The notes under the pieces: generated by a model
The model's database searches: none
Told to the model about the DNA's origin: nothing
What the model saw: the letters and a program-made list of their open reading frames with translations, nothing else
Position numbers and translations under genes: made by a program
Assembly: GCF_001194135.2 (NCBI RefSeq)
Contig: NC_068982.1
Span: 54,855,110 to 54,913,247, forward strand
Direction: 5' to 3'
Length of the DNA: 58,138 bases
Source: Octopus bimaculoides
Lineage: Eukaryota
Shown here: in pieces, positions 39,300-52,930 of the stretch
How positions within the stretch are numbered: position 1 is the first letter of the stretch
Layout: every line of letters begins with the position of its first letter

Positions 39300-39428
39300 A
39301 CCAGCACCGCCCCCGGTCGGAAGACTAGTCTGTCGCAAGGTTACACATTTACAGCTGAGTAGAATTGAAATGTTTTGTTGAAGAGCACAACGCAGCGCTC
39401 CTCGGTCTGGGAATGGAACCTACGATGT
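39300..39428 (-). mobile_element. SINE head fragment (family C-like)
   Basis: Reverse complement ggttccattcccagaccgaggagcgctgcgttgtgctcttcaacaaaacattt is similar to 3900-3960. Confidence 0.5.
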
Positions 39429-39441
39429 GTGTGTGTGTGTT

Positions 39442-39488
<47 letters not shown>

Positions 39489-40066
39489 NNNNNNNNNNNN
39501 NNNNNNNNNNNNNNNNNNNNNNNNNNNNNNNNNNNNNNNNNNNNNNNNNNNNNNNNNNNNNNNNNNNNNNNNNNNNNNNNNNNNNNNNNNNNNNNNNNNN
39601 NNNNNNNNNNNNNNNNNNNNNNNNNNNNNNTATATATCCAAGAAAGTTAGAGATTGTGAATCCAACCAACTAAGGGATAATATCTATCCAATATACTGCT
39701 GGTAGAATACCCAATTATTATTACACAAGTGTTTTTTTATTGCATGACAATCACATTACAAACGCACGAACGATGTCATAAATAACAGTATCGCCGATAG
39801 TTGTTGTTGACAAACAACGGCAATAGTTTTATTCAAGGGAAAAGATCCCATTACACTGCCACAACGTGTTTTTGACAAACCACAGTAGTAATTGTTTTCA
39901 CCTCAATAGACGTCAGTGATTGGTTGAAATTACCGAAATACGACAACTTTTAACATGAAATAACTTCGAATATCCAACCTTTCTTAACAAAGCTAAGAGA
40001 AAAAGATGTTTTAAATGACACATTCTACCAGTATTCCAAGTTTGAAAGTGTTTCGTTAGAAAACAA

Positions 40067-40195
40067 GTGACAATTATTCGGTAGCCATGATAAAACTTCA
40101 AGTTTCGAATGTCGGGGCGAATAACTGGCCCGATAACTGAAGAGATGCCGGCGTGGGTTTCCGCTCCGACATCCGGGCTACCGAATAATTGTCAC
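40067..40195. repeat. 129-bp palindromic element with perfect 20-bp terminal inverted repeats
   Basis: gtgacaattattcggtagcc (40067-40086) / ggctaccgaataattgtcac (40176-40195); inner pairing atgtcggggcg / cgctccgacat. Confidence 0.85.
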
Positions 40196-41585
40196 ATATT
40201 ATATTTACACANNNNNNNNNNNNNNNNNNNNNNNNNNNNNNNNNNNNNNNNNNNNNNNNNNNNNNNNNNNNNNNNNNNNNNNNNNNNNNNNNNNNNNNNN
40301 NNNNNNNNNNNNNNNNNNNNNNNNNNNNNNNNNNNNNNNNNNNNNNNNNNNNNNNNNNNNNNNNNNNNNNNNNNNNNNNNNNNNNNNNNNNNNNNNNNNN
40401 NNNNNNNNNNNNNNNNNNNNNNNNNNNNNNNNNNNNNNNNNNNNNNNNNNNNNNNNNNNNNNNNNNNNNNNNNNNNNNNNNNNNNNNNNNNNNNNNNNNN
40501 NNNNNNNNNNNNNNNNNNNNNNNNNNNNNNNNNNNNNNNNNNNNNNNNNNNNNNNNNNNNNNNNNNNNNNNNNNNNNNNNNNNNNNNNNNNNNNNNNNNN
40601 NNNNNNNNNNNNNNNNNNNNNNNNNNNNNNNNNNNNNNNNNNNNNNNNNNNNNNNNNNNNNNNNNNNNNNNNNNNNNNNNNNNNNNNNNNNNNNNNNNNN
40701 NNNNNNNNNNNNNNNNNNNNNNNNNNNNNNNNNNNNNNNNNNNNNNNNNNNNNNNNNNNNNNNNNNNNNNNNNNNNNNNNNNNNNNNNNNNNNNNNNNNN
40801 NNNNNNNNNNNNNNNNNNNNNNNNNNNNNNNNNNNNNNNNNNNNNNNNNNNNNNNNNNNNNNNNNNNNNNNNNNNNNNNNNNNNNNNNNNNNNNNNNNNN
40901 NNNNNNNNNNNNNNNNNNNNNNNNNNNNNNNNNNNNNNNNNNNNNNNNNNNNNNNNNNNNNNNNNNNNNNNNNNNNNNNNNNNNNNNNNNNNNNNNNNNN
41001 NNNNNNNNNNNNNNNNNNNNNNNNNNNNNNNNNNNNNNNNNNNNNNNNNNNNNNNNNNNNNNNNNNNNNNNNNNNNNNNNNNNNNNNNNNNNNAATCGTA
41101 TACCTCCTGACTTTGTATTTAATATACTCCTAATGAAATAATCATTACTAATTGAATTTACTGGATTTCAGCTGCATAGGATTATACATTACACTCCTCT
41201 TTATTGATTTACTATGTGGTTTGTAGCCTGGGCTACTAAAAACGTTTTTTGTTTTTGTTTTTGTTTTTCTGTGAGTGCCATCAAGTTAGTCAATCCGTCT
41301 ATTGTGAATTGTATGTCTATCACTACGTTTTGTTTTGTGACAATCTTTCTTCTCTTTTCTCTTTTTCTCTCTAACTTTCACTCTCTCTCTCATATTCTAT
41401 GCAAATTTCTAAATTTCGCTTCCTTCTCAGTCACAAGACCACGACACACTTTGTGACCTATCTAAATTTTAAGCACATTTTCTACACAAATGAATCTTTC
41501 ATTTTGAAACAAAACAATCTTGTACACATCTTCACACACATACACTCACACACGTACGCACGTACACGTACACGCACCTACACGT

Positions 41586-41631
<46 letters not shown>

Positions 41632-42894
41632 ACGCACTGTACTAAACGATTTTCTGTCTTTTACTTATGAATCCCTTTGATCACTTCTCTTTTCTCTTTT
41701 TCTCTCTAACTTTCACTCTCTCTNNNNNNNNNNNNNNNNNNNNNNNNNNNNNNNNNNNNNNNNNNNNNNNNNNNNNNNNNNNNNNNNNNNNNNNNNNNNN
41801 NNNNNNNNNNNNNNNNNNNNNNNNNNNNNNNNNNNNNNNNNNNNNNNNNNNNNNNNNNNNNNNNNNNNNNNNNNNNNNNNNNNNNNNNNNNNNNNNNNNN
41901 NNNNNNNNNNNNNNNNNNNNNNNNNNNNNNNNGTTTTTTTTTTTTTGTTTTCTGAGGTTTTGCAGGGATTTTTTCGCATGCATTTTCGTAGCAATGTCGA
42001 ACTATATTAAGCGATAAAGAAAGGAGCCTAGCTGATTCTTGCAATGCATACATCTGAAGCAAAATTTTTTTGATGACCGCTTTAATACTACAATGGACCT
42101 CCAATTTATTATTTTGCTCGTGTGGACCCCAAAACAGTATATGGAACCCATTCATAGAATCGCTTATGTTCACAAGTCAAAAGCCGATTGTTGATTTTGT
42201 TTGCCACAGTACGTTATATATTTTACACCACAAAGTTAAAACCTCAACAAAACTGAAGCAGCATAAATGAAGTGCCAGGCGCATTCAGAAGGCCTATTTG
42301 AGTAAAACAAAAGCAGCTAACAAACTCATGAGCAACGGAAAAAACAATAAATAGACGGGCATTAAATTTGCTAATATTTTATCTACGTGTTTGCATATAT
42401 TTGTAATGACGATTCGTTTATTTTAATATAACATTTTCTTGATTTTTATAGTTTTTAATGATTTTGTTATTGTTTTTCTTTCGTAGTAGTGTTATGTCTT
42501 TCTGATAGACAGTGCGATGAAAATAGAAGATACAACTGTCATCACGAGTTGCACATAGAATACTAACTACTTTACTACAAAAAGGCTTGGCTCGAAAAAT
42601 CTTGTTCCGCTACTTTAAACTAGCTGGCTGCAAAAAGATAATTAATGTTTATACTGTATGATAACTATTACTAATACTCCTTCGCCAGCCAATACTGCAG
42701 TCTTAAATACTCTGGAGTTTTAATGGACGAACAGAAAGATTATTGCTATTCAGTTTTCGGCTCATATCATTTTATGTACACCGCACATGTGGGTTCAAAT
42801 TCCATTGGATATGACTTTCATTTTCTTCAAAGTTAGAATGATAATTAAGTACCAGTTAGGCACTAACGTTGTCTTAATTGACTTTCCATCCATC

Positions 42895-43290
42895 CAACCT
42901 CTTTGCCCACTACTCCTGAGAGAGTCGGGAGGCTAAAGTTCTCAGGCACCACCTCTATATGGTTCTATCAGAAGCAACCGACAATCAGAGTCACCGACTG
43001 GGCTTCCGAATATAACCAACTGAGATTATGGATATTATCCAACCAGCTCCTTTTTGGTCTACCCCTAGGTCACCAGACGGTTTACTCGACTTGAATCCGT
43101 CTTGCGATCCTTTCCTGCAACATTTTAATCAAATGGCCTTAGTACCAGAACTGTTATTCTTCAATGCGGAGAAGTAGCTATTCTTTGAACTCCGTGTTAC
43201 GCACCATGGCGAATAATGTTATTCCAGAGATCGTTCGGAGGAACTCCATTGCATCCCTTCAAAACCGTGTTCAAATTAATTTTGTATGCT
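42895..43290 (-). mobile_element. RTE-clade LINE 3' remnant
   Basis: Minus strand MEFLRTISG...LLRIEE...GHLIKMLQERIARRI...PRGRPKRSWLDNIHNLSW. Confidence 0.7.
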
Positions 43291-44439
43291 TAGGAAAAGG
43301 GGAGTTGATATTTGAAAATGAAGTAAAAATAAGTTTTAAAAAAAATCCATCTGGACTGTTGACATTTATATTAAAAATTAATTAAAAAAAGTACTAAACT
43401 ACTTGCTTCATTCATTGCACTAGTCACATTTGAAATTTCCGTATATACATTTGGATTATATCCTATCCTACTTTTGGGTGTAAGTCGATTGAATCTTCCC
43501 TTGTGCTTTAGCTTTTCCTCCGCTGAAGGATAGAAGGTAAACTTGTCCTAATCAAGATTTGAACTCTGAACATAGGCAACTAGACAGACAAACATATGTA
43601 TGTGTGTATGTATGTATTTATAGATAGATAGATAGATAGATAGATACATTTGGAATTCATATACAAATAGAATTGTCCTATGGAACTAACAGCATGTAAT
43701 AAAATATCCAGAAGCCAGTAGCTGACTTAACTTAGAGTAGTCATATCGACAACATCCACTGAAGGAAATACTAGTTGATGGCTGTTGCTAGCGGCTGAAA
43801 AACAAGCACCATCTTCGTTTCCAACTACCAAGTTATCTTTTTCAGACTGTTCTATTATGAAAATTCTAAAATTGTCTTCTATTCAATCGTTTCTCTATCA
43901 ATTTCCTGTAATATACCATCCTTGTTTTTCTGTTATACTCTATTAAGGAGTGTTAATCAGTTACAGAGGTGACTTTGCAGTGAACTATAAAGATTAATAT
44001 AAATGGTTGTCTGTTAAGATTGTGGTTATGTAGAACATGGTCTTTGATTTTATTTCTTAGCATTCCTTTTCGAGTTTGGTACGTGTTTCTATATTATTGT
44101 GGCTGGGTATATAACTGTTTTTCGTAGCAAGGCATTATTTTATTTAATAATTTATGCATGGGCGAAGGAGCAGTAATTACGATCTTCATAAGCTTTCCCA
44201 GACTGAAGAAACTGATGTAATAAATGCTCAGCTTGAATCTGTTGGTTAAAAAGAATAGGGGCATGAATTGGGGTGGAGTGGTCTTCTCCAAATGCTGTTT
44301 GCATATGAATTCCAAAAAAGGAACCAGGAAGTCGGTAGTGATGTCAAGCCAAGAAGCGTTTTAGGGCTACGCATCTGAGATTACATTATTCCATGAAGAT
44401 TTAGTTGCTTTCCCTAACAGATTTATCGACTACTAATCT

Positions 44440-44900
44440 TTCTTTCGTTGCCCTTCTAGATCAGTAAACACTCAAATGCCTCCTACTGTCACATGTGTAA
44501 CAGCTGTAGTTTCTACCTTGCACCACCAGTCTCGTTGCTTTTGTATCTTCACGCACGATTGAACACAGTTCCGGAATGGTACTGTCGCTTTCTGTCATAA
44601 AATTTGTAAGTTCATACTCCCAACTCCTAACCACAAGATCTATCTTCGTGATGTCTGTACTCTTAATTTGCCAACATTGTGGTACAAAGAAAGCAACGAA
44701 CCATCTGTCAATATACCTCCATTGTTGTGCTATAATCCTGTAAGGATCTGTGTATCACACTGTCTCTGCATGTCACCTCCGCTTGTTTTCATTTTTGAAT
44801 ATCAAGGAAGCAACTTCTGTATGGTTTGCTTTGATCTATGGACGGCACGTGGTTAAACACATCATGCATCGGCTAGGATTTTCTTTAGTTTCATTTTTGA
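44440..44900 (-). mobile_element. L1/Tx1-like ORF1 (gag-like) remnant with CCHC knuckle
   Basis: RLVVQGRNYSCYTCDSRRHLSVY* (C-x2-C-x4-H-x4-[C>stop], 44461-44505). Confidence 0.45.
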
Positions 44901-45810
44901 AATCATTCTATCATACCATTCATTTTTCGTAAGGCATTTTTATGTCACTCTTTTCTTTTCCATTCTTGAAAATATGTGTCAGGTAAGAAACCATACGTTT
45001 TCGTAACACACCGCTGCCACGTATTATATTCTAAGCTACATCTTGTCTATGTCCATAATTATTTTTTGGCAAACAATCTACACCAAATTCCTTCTAAACT
45101 CACGAACATTTACTCACGGAAAAAAAATTTTTGTTGGGGTTAAGTACGTGCACCTGTGCTTTTGTGGTTGCTGTTGTGTACTTTTTCCCTACGAATGTGC
45201 AAATCAATATCGTCACCTATCTCTGCTTTCTGTTCTTTAACTGTGTGCATCTACGTTTGGGATTGTAAAGTTTCTCTTATTCTTTTTTTTAATCTTTACA
45301 ATATTTTTCATCAATGTTCTTAAAACTATAAGGACATATAGTCCCTAGCAGAAGAATCTTATTTTTCAACCTAAGCTAAATCAGAATGGATACTGAAACG
45401 ACCACAAAGTCTTCCTTCGGTAAGATTATATCAATTCTAATCAAATCCCTATAACATTCTAGTCCCTATAACGGAGGTAAGTCTAATTCTTTTACGGAAC
45501 TGGTGCAAAGACGTCAGTTGAACTGAAAGCACGAATATAATAATAATTGTTCCTAATATAGGCACAAGGGCAAAAATTTGATGGTTGGGAGTTAGTCGAG
45601 TAAATCGATTCCTGTACTTGACTGTTGCTTTCTTTTATCGACTTGAAAAGGATGAAAGGCAAAGTTGACCGCGACAGGATTTGAACTCAGAATGCAAAGT
45701 ATTGAAACAAATGAGGCAACGTATTTTGATCCACGTTCGACTGATTCTGTCAAATGATCGATTTTCGCTCCGTTTATAGACATAAACGAAGGTATGGAAG
45801 TGTATTTAAG

Positions 45811-45890
45811 AGGTCGCTTCGTGCTCCCAGGCCGTTTCGTACCCACAGACCGTTTTGTACCCACAGGCAGCTACGTGCCCACAGGCCGTT
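45811..45890. repeat. 18-bp minisatellite, ~4.4 units
   Basis: aggtcgcttcgtgctccc / aggccgtttcgtacccac / agaccgttttgtacccac / aggcagctacgtgcccac. Confidence 0.8.
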
Positions 45891-46760
45891 ATATATATAT
45901 ATAATAATAATAATAATATGTTTGCAAGCGAGCCTTTTAACCACTGAAACATGCCTCCGAGAAAAAAAAATGCCTTCGAACTACAAAGAAAAAGAGGCGT
46001 GCAGTAATAATTATTATTGAAACGTTTGGCACAAGGCCAGTAAAGCTCGGGGGAAGGGGTGAGTCGATTACATCGACCCAAAAGCTTAACTGGTACTTAT
46101 TTTATCAATCTCGAAGGGACAAAAGGCAAAGTCAACCCCAACGGAATTTCAACTGAGAACGTAAAGACGGGCGAAATACCGCTAAACATTTTGCCCGGCG
46201 TGCTAACGATTCTGCCAATAATAATAATAATTAATTCGTTTTATTCGCCACAAGGGCTAATATCAANNNNNNNNNNAAAGTCGACCTCGGCGGAATTTGA
46301 ACTCAGAACGTAAAGACCGGATGAAATACTGCGAAGCATTTCGCTTGGCGTACTAAAATTTTGACAGCAACTTCGGAGGAGGGAGTAAGTCGATTATATC
46401 GACCCCAGTGTTCAACTGGTACTCATTTTATCGACCCCGAAGGGATGAAAGGCAAAGTCGACCTCGGCGGAATTTGAACTCAGAATGTTGCTACAATCTC
46501 AGAATGTAATAATAATCCTTTCTACTAAAGGCACAAGGCCTGAAATTTGGTGGTAGGAGACCAGTTGATTTCATCGATCCCTGTGTTTCACTAGTACTTA
46601 ATTTATCGACACCGAGAAGATGGAAGGCAAAGTCGACCTCAGCAGAATTTGAACTCAGAATGTAGCGACGGGTGAAATATCGCTAAGCATTTCGTCCAGC
46701 GTGCTAACGATTCTGCCAGCAAGCCGCCTTAATAATAATAATAATAAAAATAATAAACTT

Positions 46761-46830
46761 CTTGTCTCTTGAGGTCTCTGGGTGAGACTTGGATCCAACT
46801 TGTACAAATGCAAAGCAAAAGTCAAACATA
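46761..46830 (+). mobile_element. Extremely 5'-truncated Dong-like LINE 3' end
   Basis: 70 bp matching 47419-47488 with one mismatch; flanked by (AAT)n. Confidence 0.85.
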
Positions 46831-47103
46831 AAATAATAATAATAATAATAATAATCTTTTCTACTAAAGGCACAAGGCCTGAAATTTTGGGGAAGGGGAC
46901 TAGTCGATTGTATTGACCCCAGTGTTCGATTGGTACTTAATTTATCGACCCCGAAAGAATAAAAGGCAAAGTCGACCTCGGCGGAATTTGAACTCAGAAC
47001 GTAGCGACGGACGAAATGCCGTTAAGCATCTTCCCCAGCGTGCTAACGATTCAGCCAATAATAATAATAATAATAATAATGATAATAATAATAATAATAA
47101 TAA

Positions 47104-47488
47104 TACTTGAAATAGAAATTAGCAAAATGTGGAATCTGAAGACGAAAACAATACCTATTGTCATAGGTGCCCTGGGAATGACAGCGAAACGGGCTGATTA
47201 CTACCTAGATCAGATTCCAGGAAACCCCAAAATGGCTGAAGTTCAAAAAATAGTGCTCATGGGAACTGCCCATATCCTACGTAAAATACTGTCTATGTGA
47301 TCTCAAATTTTAAAGCAGACACATAATTTTCTTATGGTTTCTTAAACATTCACTTGAACAAAACTGTACAAATACAAATATATGGTACCCTAGGCATAAC
47401 ACCTACATGAACTTCTAACTTGTCTCTTGAGGTCTCTGGGTGAGACTTGGATCCAACTTGTACAAATGCAAAACAAAAGTCAAACATA
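47104..47488 (+). mobile_element. R4/Dong-like LINE 3' end (RLE C-terminus plus 3'UTR), apparently young
   Basis: Open frame LEIEISKMWNLKTKTIPIVIGALG...EVQKIVLMGTAHILRKILSM*; (AAT)n on both sides. Confidence 0.85.
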
Positions 47489-47489
47489 A

Positions 47490-47567
<78 letters not shown>

Positions 47568-48197
47568 AGACGAAAAAAAAATGACTTATTATTCGTATTT
47601 GGGGCAAAATGTAGGTTCAACGAGATTTCATTTAATAGAGCAGACAGGCTAGTAGTAAACATGAGTATGAGGGGAAGAGGAAGTTATTTGGCCTCGTGCA
47701 TAGTCACAATCGACTGTTATAAAAGAACAGACTTACACTGCTTCTGTTAACTCGTATTCAGGTCAAAGGTCGGTTATGTCAAACAGTGATAGAATTATTT
47801 TCTGCTTTAAAATTAATTGCTTTTTCACGTATGGCTCGGTAACTCCTCTACGAACAGTAGTGAGACACCATTAAACAGACTGGTACGTTCTGTGATGTGT
47901 TATTCATCATCATTATCATCAACAGCCACAGCACCAGCAAGCGTGCTGGTAGGTTCATCGTTGTCATCGTAATCAACGGCGTCATCGACACTGTTTGTTG
48001 TAATGGGTTTTTTTTTTTTTTTTGCTACTGTTGTTGCCCCCCCACCGTCATAGTCATCGGCGGGAAATTTCGTTGTAGGAAGGAACAGACGACTGAATTG
48101 ATCCCGGTTTGACTAGAACTTTACTATACTGACCTCGAAAAGGCTGAAAGGCAAAGCTAAGTGCGATGGGATTTGAATTCGCAATCTAAAGTGCTGG

Positions 48198-48262
<65 letters not shown>

Positions 48263-48449
48263 GGTTTTAAATTTAGCCACAAGGGCAGTCATTTTGGAGA
48301 GGAGATGATGAGTCGATTACATCGACCCTAGTGTGTCACTGGTACTTATTTTATCGACCTCGGTGGAATTTGAACCCAGAACGTAAAGACGGACGAAATA
48401 CCGCTATGCATTTCGCCCGGCGTGCTGACGATTCTGCTAGCTCGCCGCC

Positions 48450-48558
<109 letters not shown>

Positions 48559-48589
48559 AACACTGAAAAAAGTGACTGAGAGCACTATA

Positions 48590-49340
48590 CTAGCAGCGCA
48601 AACCTAAGCTTTGGCCACGAATTGGAGGATCAATCTTAGGAATGAGAAAGTGTCTCCGTTGTGCCGCATAAAGTGGTCAAAACCATTGTCCATATCACTT
48701 ACGAATTCCCTAGAATGCCCAAAACCACTGCAAGTTGTGGCAACAAGATGAGGTATCGAAAGTACTACATTGGAAACTGTGTGAAAAGTGGGGACGAGAG
48801 AAAGGCAAGACGTGGTATGAGCACTAACCGTAGAGAGTGGTAGAATCGGGGACTTGCAGACTCCTCCGAGATTTCCCAATCCAAACCGATCAGGTGCTAG
48901 AGCATAACAGACCGTACCTAGTGGTTGTCGACAAGATGCATCACATGTGCTATACAGTTGATTTTGTGTACCTTTTTGATCCACGAATAGTCAAGAAGGG
49001 AAGCAAGAAAGTAGGTATATACAATCCTCTTAAGTATGAAATAGCACAGTTATGGAAAATGAAAAAGGTGAAGATAGTGCCAATTATTGTTGGGTTCTTG
49101 GGGGCAGTATCAGAAGGCGTCAAGAGGAATAGAGTATCAGAAGGCGTCAAAAGGAAATCGGAATAGAGTGCCCAGTACAACTGTTACAAAAGGTTTACCT
49201 CCTTGGCACGGCCAGAAAATCAAAAAAGTATTAGCTAGTTAAAAAGAAGAAATAGCATAGTACCGTCGGTTACAGGGAGTAAGCTCGCTATGCATGCAAG
49301 ACTCCAGGAGTTACAACAAAACCTGAGATTTTTAAAAAAT
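48590..49340 (+). mobile_element. R4/Dong-like LINE 3' remnant with restriction-like endonuclease
   Basis: DFPIQTDQVLEHNRPYLVVVDK...VDF..LFDPRI..K..K..IYNPLKYEIAQLWKMKKVKIVPIIVGFLGAV (PD..D..K family, first D decayed to Y); ends in a (GAT)n tract. Confidence 0.85.
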
Positions 49341-49359
49341 GATGATGATGATGATGATA

Positions 49360-49403
<44 letters not shown>

Positions 49404-49997
49404 AATGATGATGATGATGACGATGATGATGATGATGATGATGATGATGACGACGATGTTGATGATAATGACATCGACGAGGATGATGATAATGAGGGGT
49501 ATGATGATGATCCAATACCAGGCTGTGGCTCTCATGGACTTTGATCTCAACTGATTGGAAGTGCTATCATGTACATTGTTTTGTCTTGGTATAAACGATG
49601 GGCTACAGCAAATATTCTGCTCAATGCCATAGATCTGCTTGTCCGTTGCTTGACTTTAACCAGTTGAGCATGTCCCTTGTCTGATCACAAGCAGGAAAAG
49701 TGGGGGAGCAACGTAGCCATGTGTTGAGAGGAATTCTTTGAAGTTTGAATAATTCAGCCGTGAAAACATGGGTGTTTCATCCATCATCCATAAATAATCC
49801 TTACTCATGGACCTTTTGAGCGGGATGGGTTACTCGACTTGAAAAAAAATTCTAACCAGGCCCACCTGCAAGGTCTTGCGCTATTTATCTTGACTTGAGG
49901 TTATCATGTTGTGCACGTATGGTTGTGCTGCATGTGCCTGTATACCGTTATCAGACGGGTAGTCACGATGGGTATATTGGGCTTTGTATATTTGTAC

Positions 49998-50577
49998 CCC
50001 CAATGTCAAGCGCCGAAGACAGTGGGTAGGGAAAGGAGAAACACCGACACCCAAGGCAAAAGAAGGTCTTCACCCATGTAAAGTGTGGTTATCTGTTTGG
50101 TGGGATATGAATGGTTTAATCCACTTCGAACTTTTAAACCCAAACCAAACAATAACAAAGGAGATCTACTGCAAGCAGCTTAAGCGGCTTAAGTCAGCAC
50201 TAGAAGAAAAACGGCCATCTTTGGTTTCAAGACGAAAGGTGTTCTTCCATCAGGATAATGCTCGGCCACATACAGCGAGGATGACATTCCAAAGGCTGGA
50301 GCAGTTTGAATATTCACCGGACATTGCCCCATCTGATTATAATTTGGACGGGAAAAATATGAACTCTGTGGACGAAGCCAGAACAGTTCTGGGGGAGTAT
50401 TTTTTGTCAAGGCAAGTGAATTTTAGAAGAGGAGCCTTGCAAGTCTACCAGATAGATTGAAGAGCATTGTAGAAAATGAAGGAGAGAATATTTTAGATTA
50501 AAAAAGAACTTTGTTTATCTTAATTTTAAAAAATAAAAGAAGTATAAAAACCGCATTATTTATAGGATGACCCAATA
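49998..50577 (+). mobile_element. Mariner 3' remnant with TIR
   Basis: LHPCKVWLSVWWD...FFHQDNARPHTA...YSPDIAPSDY with two internal in-frame deletions; TIR-like aaccgcattatttataggatgacccaata at the right end. Confidence 0.85.
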
Positions 50578-50857
50578 CAAGAGCGGCGAGAGCAGTCAGC
50601 CCTGGACCGAGAGTGCGATGCATAATGGTTCCGAGCGATGACACTTTACTTTGACCACAGACACTACCTAATTGTTTTTCACTATAGCCACAGGGCCTGA
50701 AATTTAAGGGAGTTTAGACAATACCATCCATCTCAGTACTTGACTGGTATTATATTTTATCGGCCTCAAAAGAATCAGTGAAAAAAGTTTATTTATGAAT
50801 TCTTATTGGATAACAGATTAAATATGAAATATAAAAATAAATCATGCAAATATTCTG

Positions 50858-51755
50858 TGAGGTGGTATCAGAAGGTTCCCGGGCTAGTTATGTTTAATTA
50901 AAAATAACTTATTTACCTAAGTTTTAACATCATCTCCTTCAAAATAGTCACCTTCCACAGCAATACACCGGTTCCATCGTTCTTGCCACTTTTGGAATCC
51001 GGCTTGGAAGTCGTTTTCTGTGAGCGAGTCGCGAACCTTCAAAGATTCGCTCTTGATCTCGATAAAGGTGTTAAAACGGCAACCTTTGAGCTGTATTTTC
51101 AGTTTGGGGAATAGCTGGAATTCCGCAGGTGCTAAATCTGGTGAATAAGGCGGGTGTGGAAGCGATACCATATTGTCTTTGGAGAGGAACTCACGAGTGA
51201 GGAGAGCTCGGTGAAGAATTCAATTCTTCACGCTCCGCAGACCTGGTCGCTTTCGCCGAATATCCTCCCTCAGACACTTCAAAATGTCGCAGTACAACTT
51301 TCGATTGACGGTCTGGCTTGGGGGTCGAATTCTCGATGCACAATCCCGCATTTCCGGGAATGACGGTCGTGGAAGGTCTTTGATATTGCTCATCGTCTTC
51401 CAGGAACGTTCTTCCACTTTTGAAGCACCCATGCCACTTGAAGCATTGCGCACGATCCATTGCTTCGTCGCTGTATGTTTGCCGAAGCATGCTCAATGTC
51501 TCTGTAGCTAACTTCCCAAGTTTAACGCAAGCTTTCGCGTTGTCTCTTTGTTCCTGTCCATGACAAAATCGCAGTCTACAGCATAGATGTGACCACAAAA
51601 TAACAAAATTTCACAACTTGCGAAGTAAACACAGCTATGTCATCGGCACACTGCCTCATTAAGATCACTGCTAGCTTTCATTGTTCACGGAACCGTGTGC
51701 TGCCATCTGTTGACGCGCTACAGAACTAGTCCGGGAACTTTTTGATACCACTTCG
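50858..51755 (-). mobile_element. Internally deleted mariner with both TIRs
   Basis: ~31-bp TIRs (50859-50889 / 51724-51754) with TA at the right end; HTH region (VKLGKLATETLSML...CFKWH..FKSGR..LEDD), catalytic PHPPYSPDLAP and C-terminal WNRCIAVEGDYFEGD in different frames. Confidence 0.9.
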
Positions 51756-52076
51756 TATAATTATTAATTATTCTATTTGTGTATATATGAAATTAAAGCC
51801 CTAATTTACTTGCAGGGGGTAATTTAGCCGGGTCAATTGTCTTCAATTACCCAGGAGGCAGTTGTCAAGGAGTAATTATCCGGAGACAGTTGTTGGAAGG
51901 ATAGTTGACCTGATGCTAAATTTGAGGCCTGGCGTCTTTGTCAGAAACCAATATACTTAATATGCTTCATTTTACGTATTTGTGACTTGTTTATGCGTGA
52001 CTGTACATATGTGTGGGAGCAAGGGAGAAAGAGAGAGAGAGAGAGGTGGGGAGGAACAGAGAAGAGGAATAAAGAA

Positions 52077-52108
<32 letters not shown>

Positions 52109-52875
52109 AGAAAGGAAAGAAAGAAAGAAAGAAAGAAAAGAAAAAAAGAAAAAAGAATGAAAGAAAGAGAGACAGAGAGAGAGAGAGTTATGGGTATGTG
52201 TCCTTGTGTTTCAACTCCTTCGTTAAGGAAAACATTCTCTTCCTAAATCATAGTTTAGACAGTGAAGTACAAAAATATGGTGAAGGGGAAAAAAAAAGAA
52301 ATATAAGTGAGGCGGTAATAATAATGTAGGCAGTGTGAAAGGATTGCCATATGCTATTTTTAACAAACGATCTTCAGTTTTATTTTAATTTCTCAATATG
52401 TTTTGACACCAATATTACAGATTTATAAATAACCTCTAGTTTTCGTTAGTTTAAGCTCGAATCGGTAGTTTCAAACCTATAGATAATGATTTCTTTCGTT
52501 TGGATACAAATAATAGACTTTTATTCATCGAAAGGGTTTTTAACCCAATATTTACCCGTTATGATTCTTAGCTTTATTTGCTTTGACAGTTCCCCACCAC
52601 CACCAAAAAAAAAAAAAAATTATTTCATGTTCTCTCAAAGTTTCTAATTTCTTAGAAGATCAACAGCATACAATTCTTGCTGATAAGAACAAAGTTTATG
52701 AAATGAATAGAGAAAATGGAAGAATTGTTTTGGTCCAGAAAATATCTATCATATTTTATAGAAAATATGGGCTCGAATCCCGAGTTAGCTTTTAACTTTT
52801 TTCAAACCAAAGGGCTTTTTACCCAAAGATTTGCATGTTATTATTCATAGCTCTCTGTTTCTCTCTCTGTCTCTG

Positions 52876-52930
<55 letters not shown>

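Larger units (their letters stand above)
45548..48449 (-). mobile_element. Cluster of ~8 family A SINE copies (approx. 45548-45755, 46020-46216, 46277-46350, 46380-46497, 46515-46728, 46857-47056, 48080-48195, 48272-48449)
   Basis: Repeated aaaggcaaagtcgacctcggcggaatttgaactcagaa core; all on the minus strand and mostly separated by (AAT)n. Confidence 0.85.

Noticed and set aside
45548-48449. CRISPR-like repeat-spacer array
   Set aside because: Repeats are ~200-bp SINE copies with microsatellite spacers in a eukaryotic genome; no cas genes.
49520-49995. Non-microsatellite block that looks like a dispersed repeat
   Set aside because: Single copy in this window with no diagnostic motif; it cannot be classified from the sequence alone.
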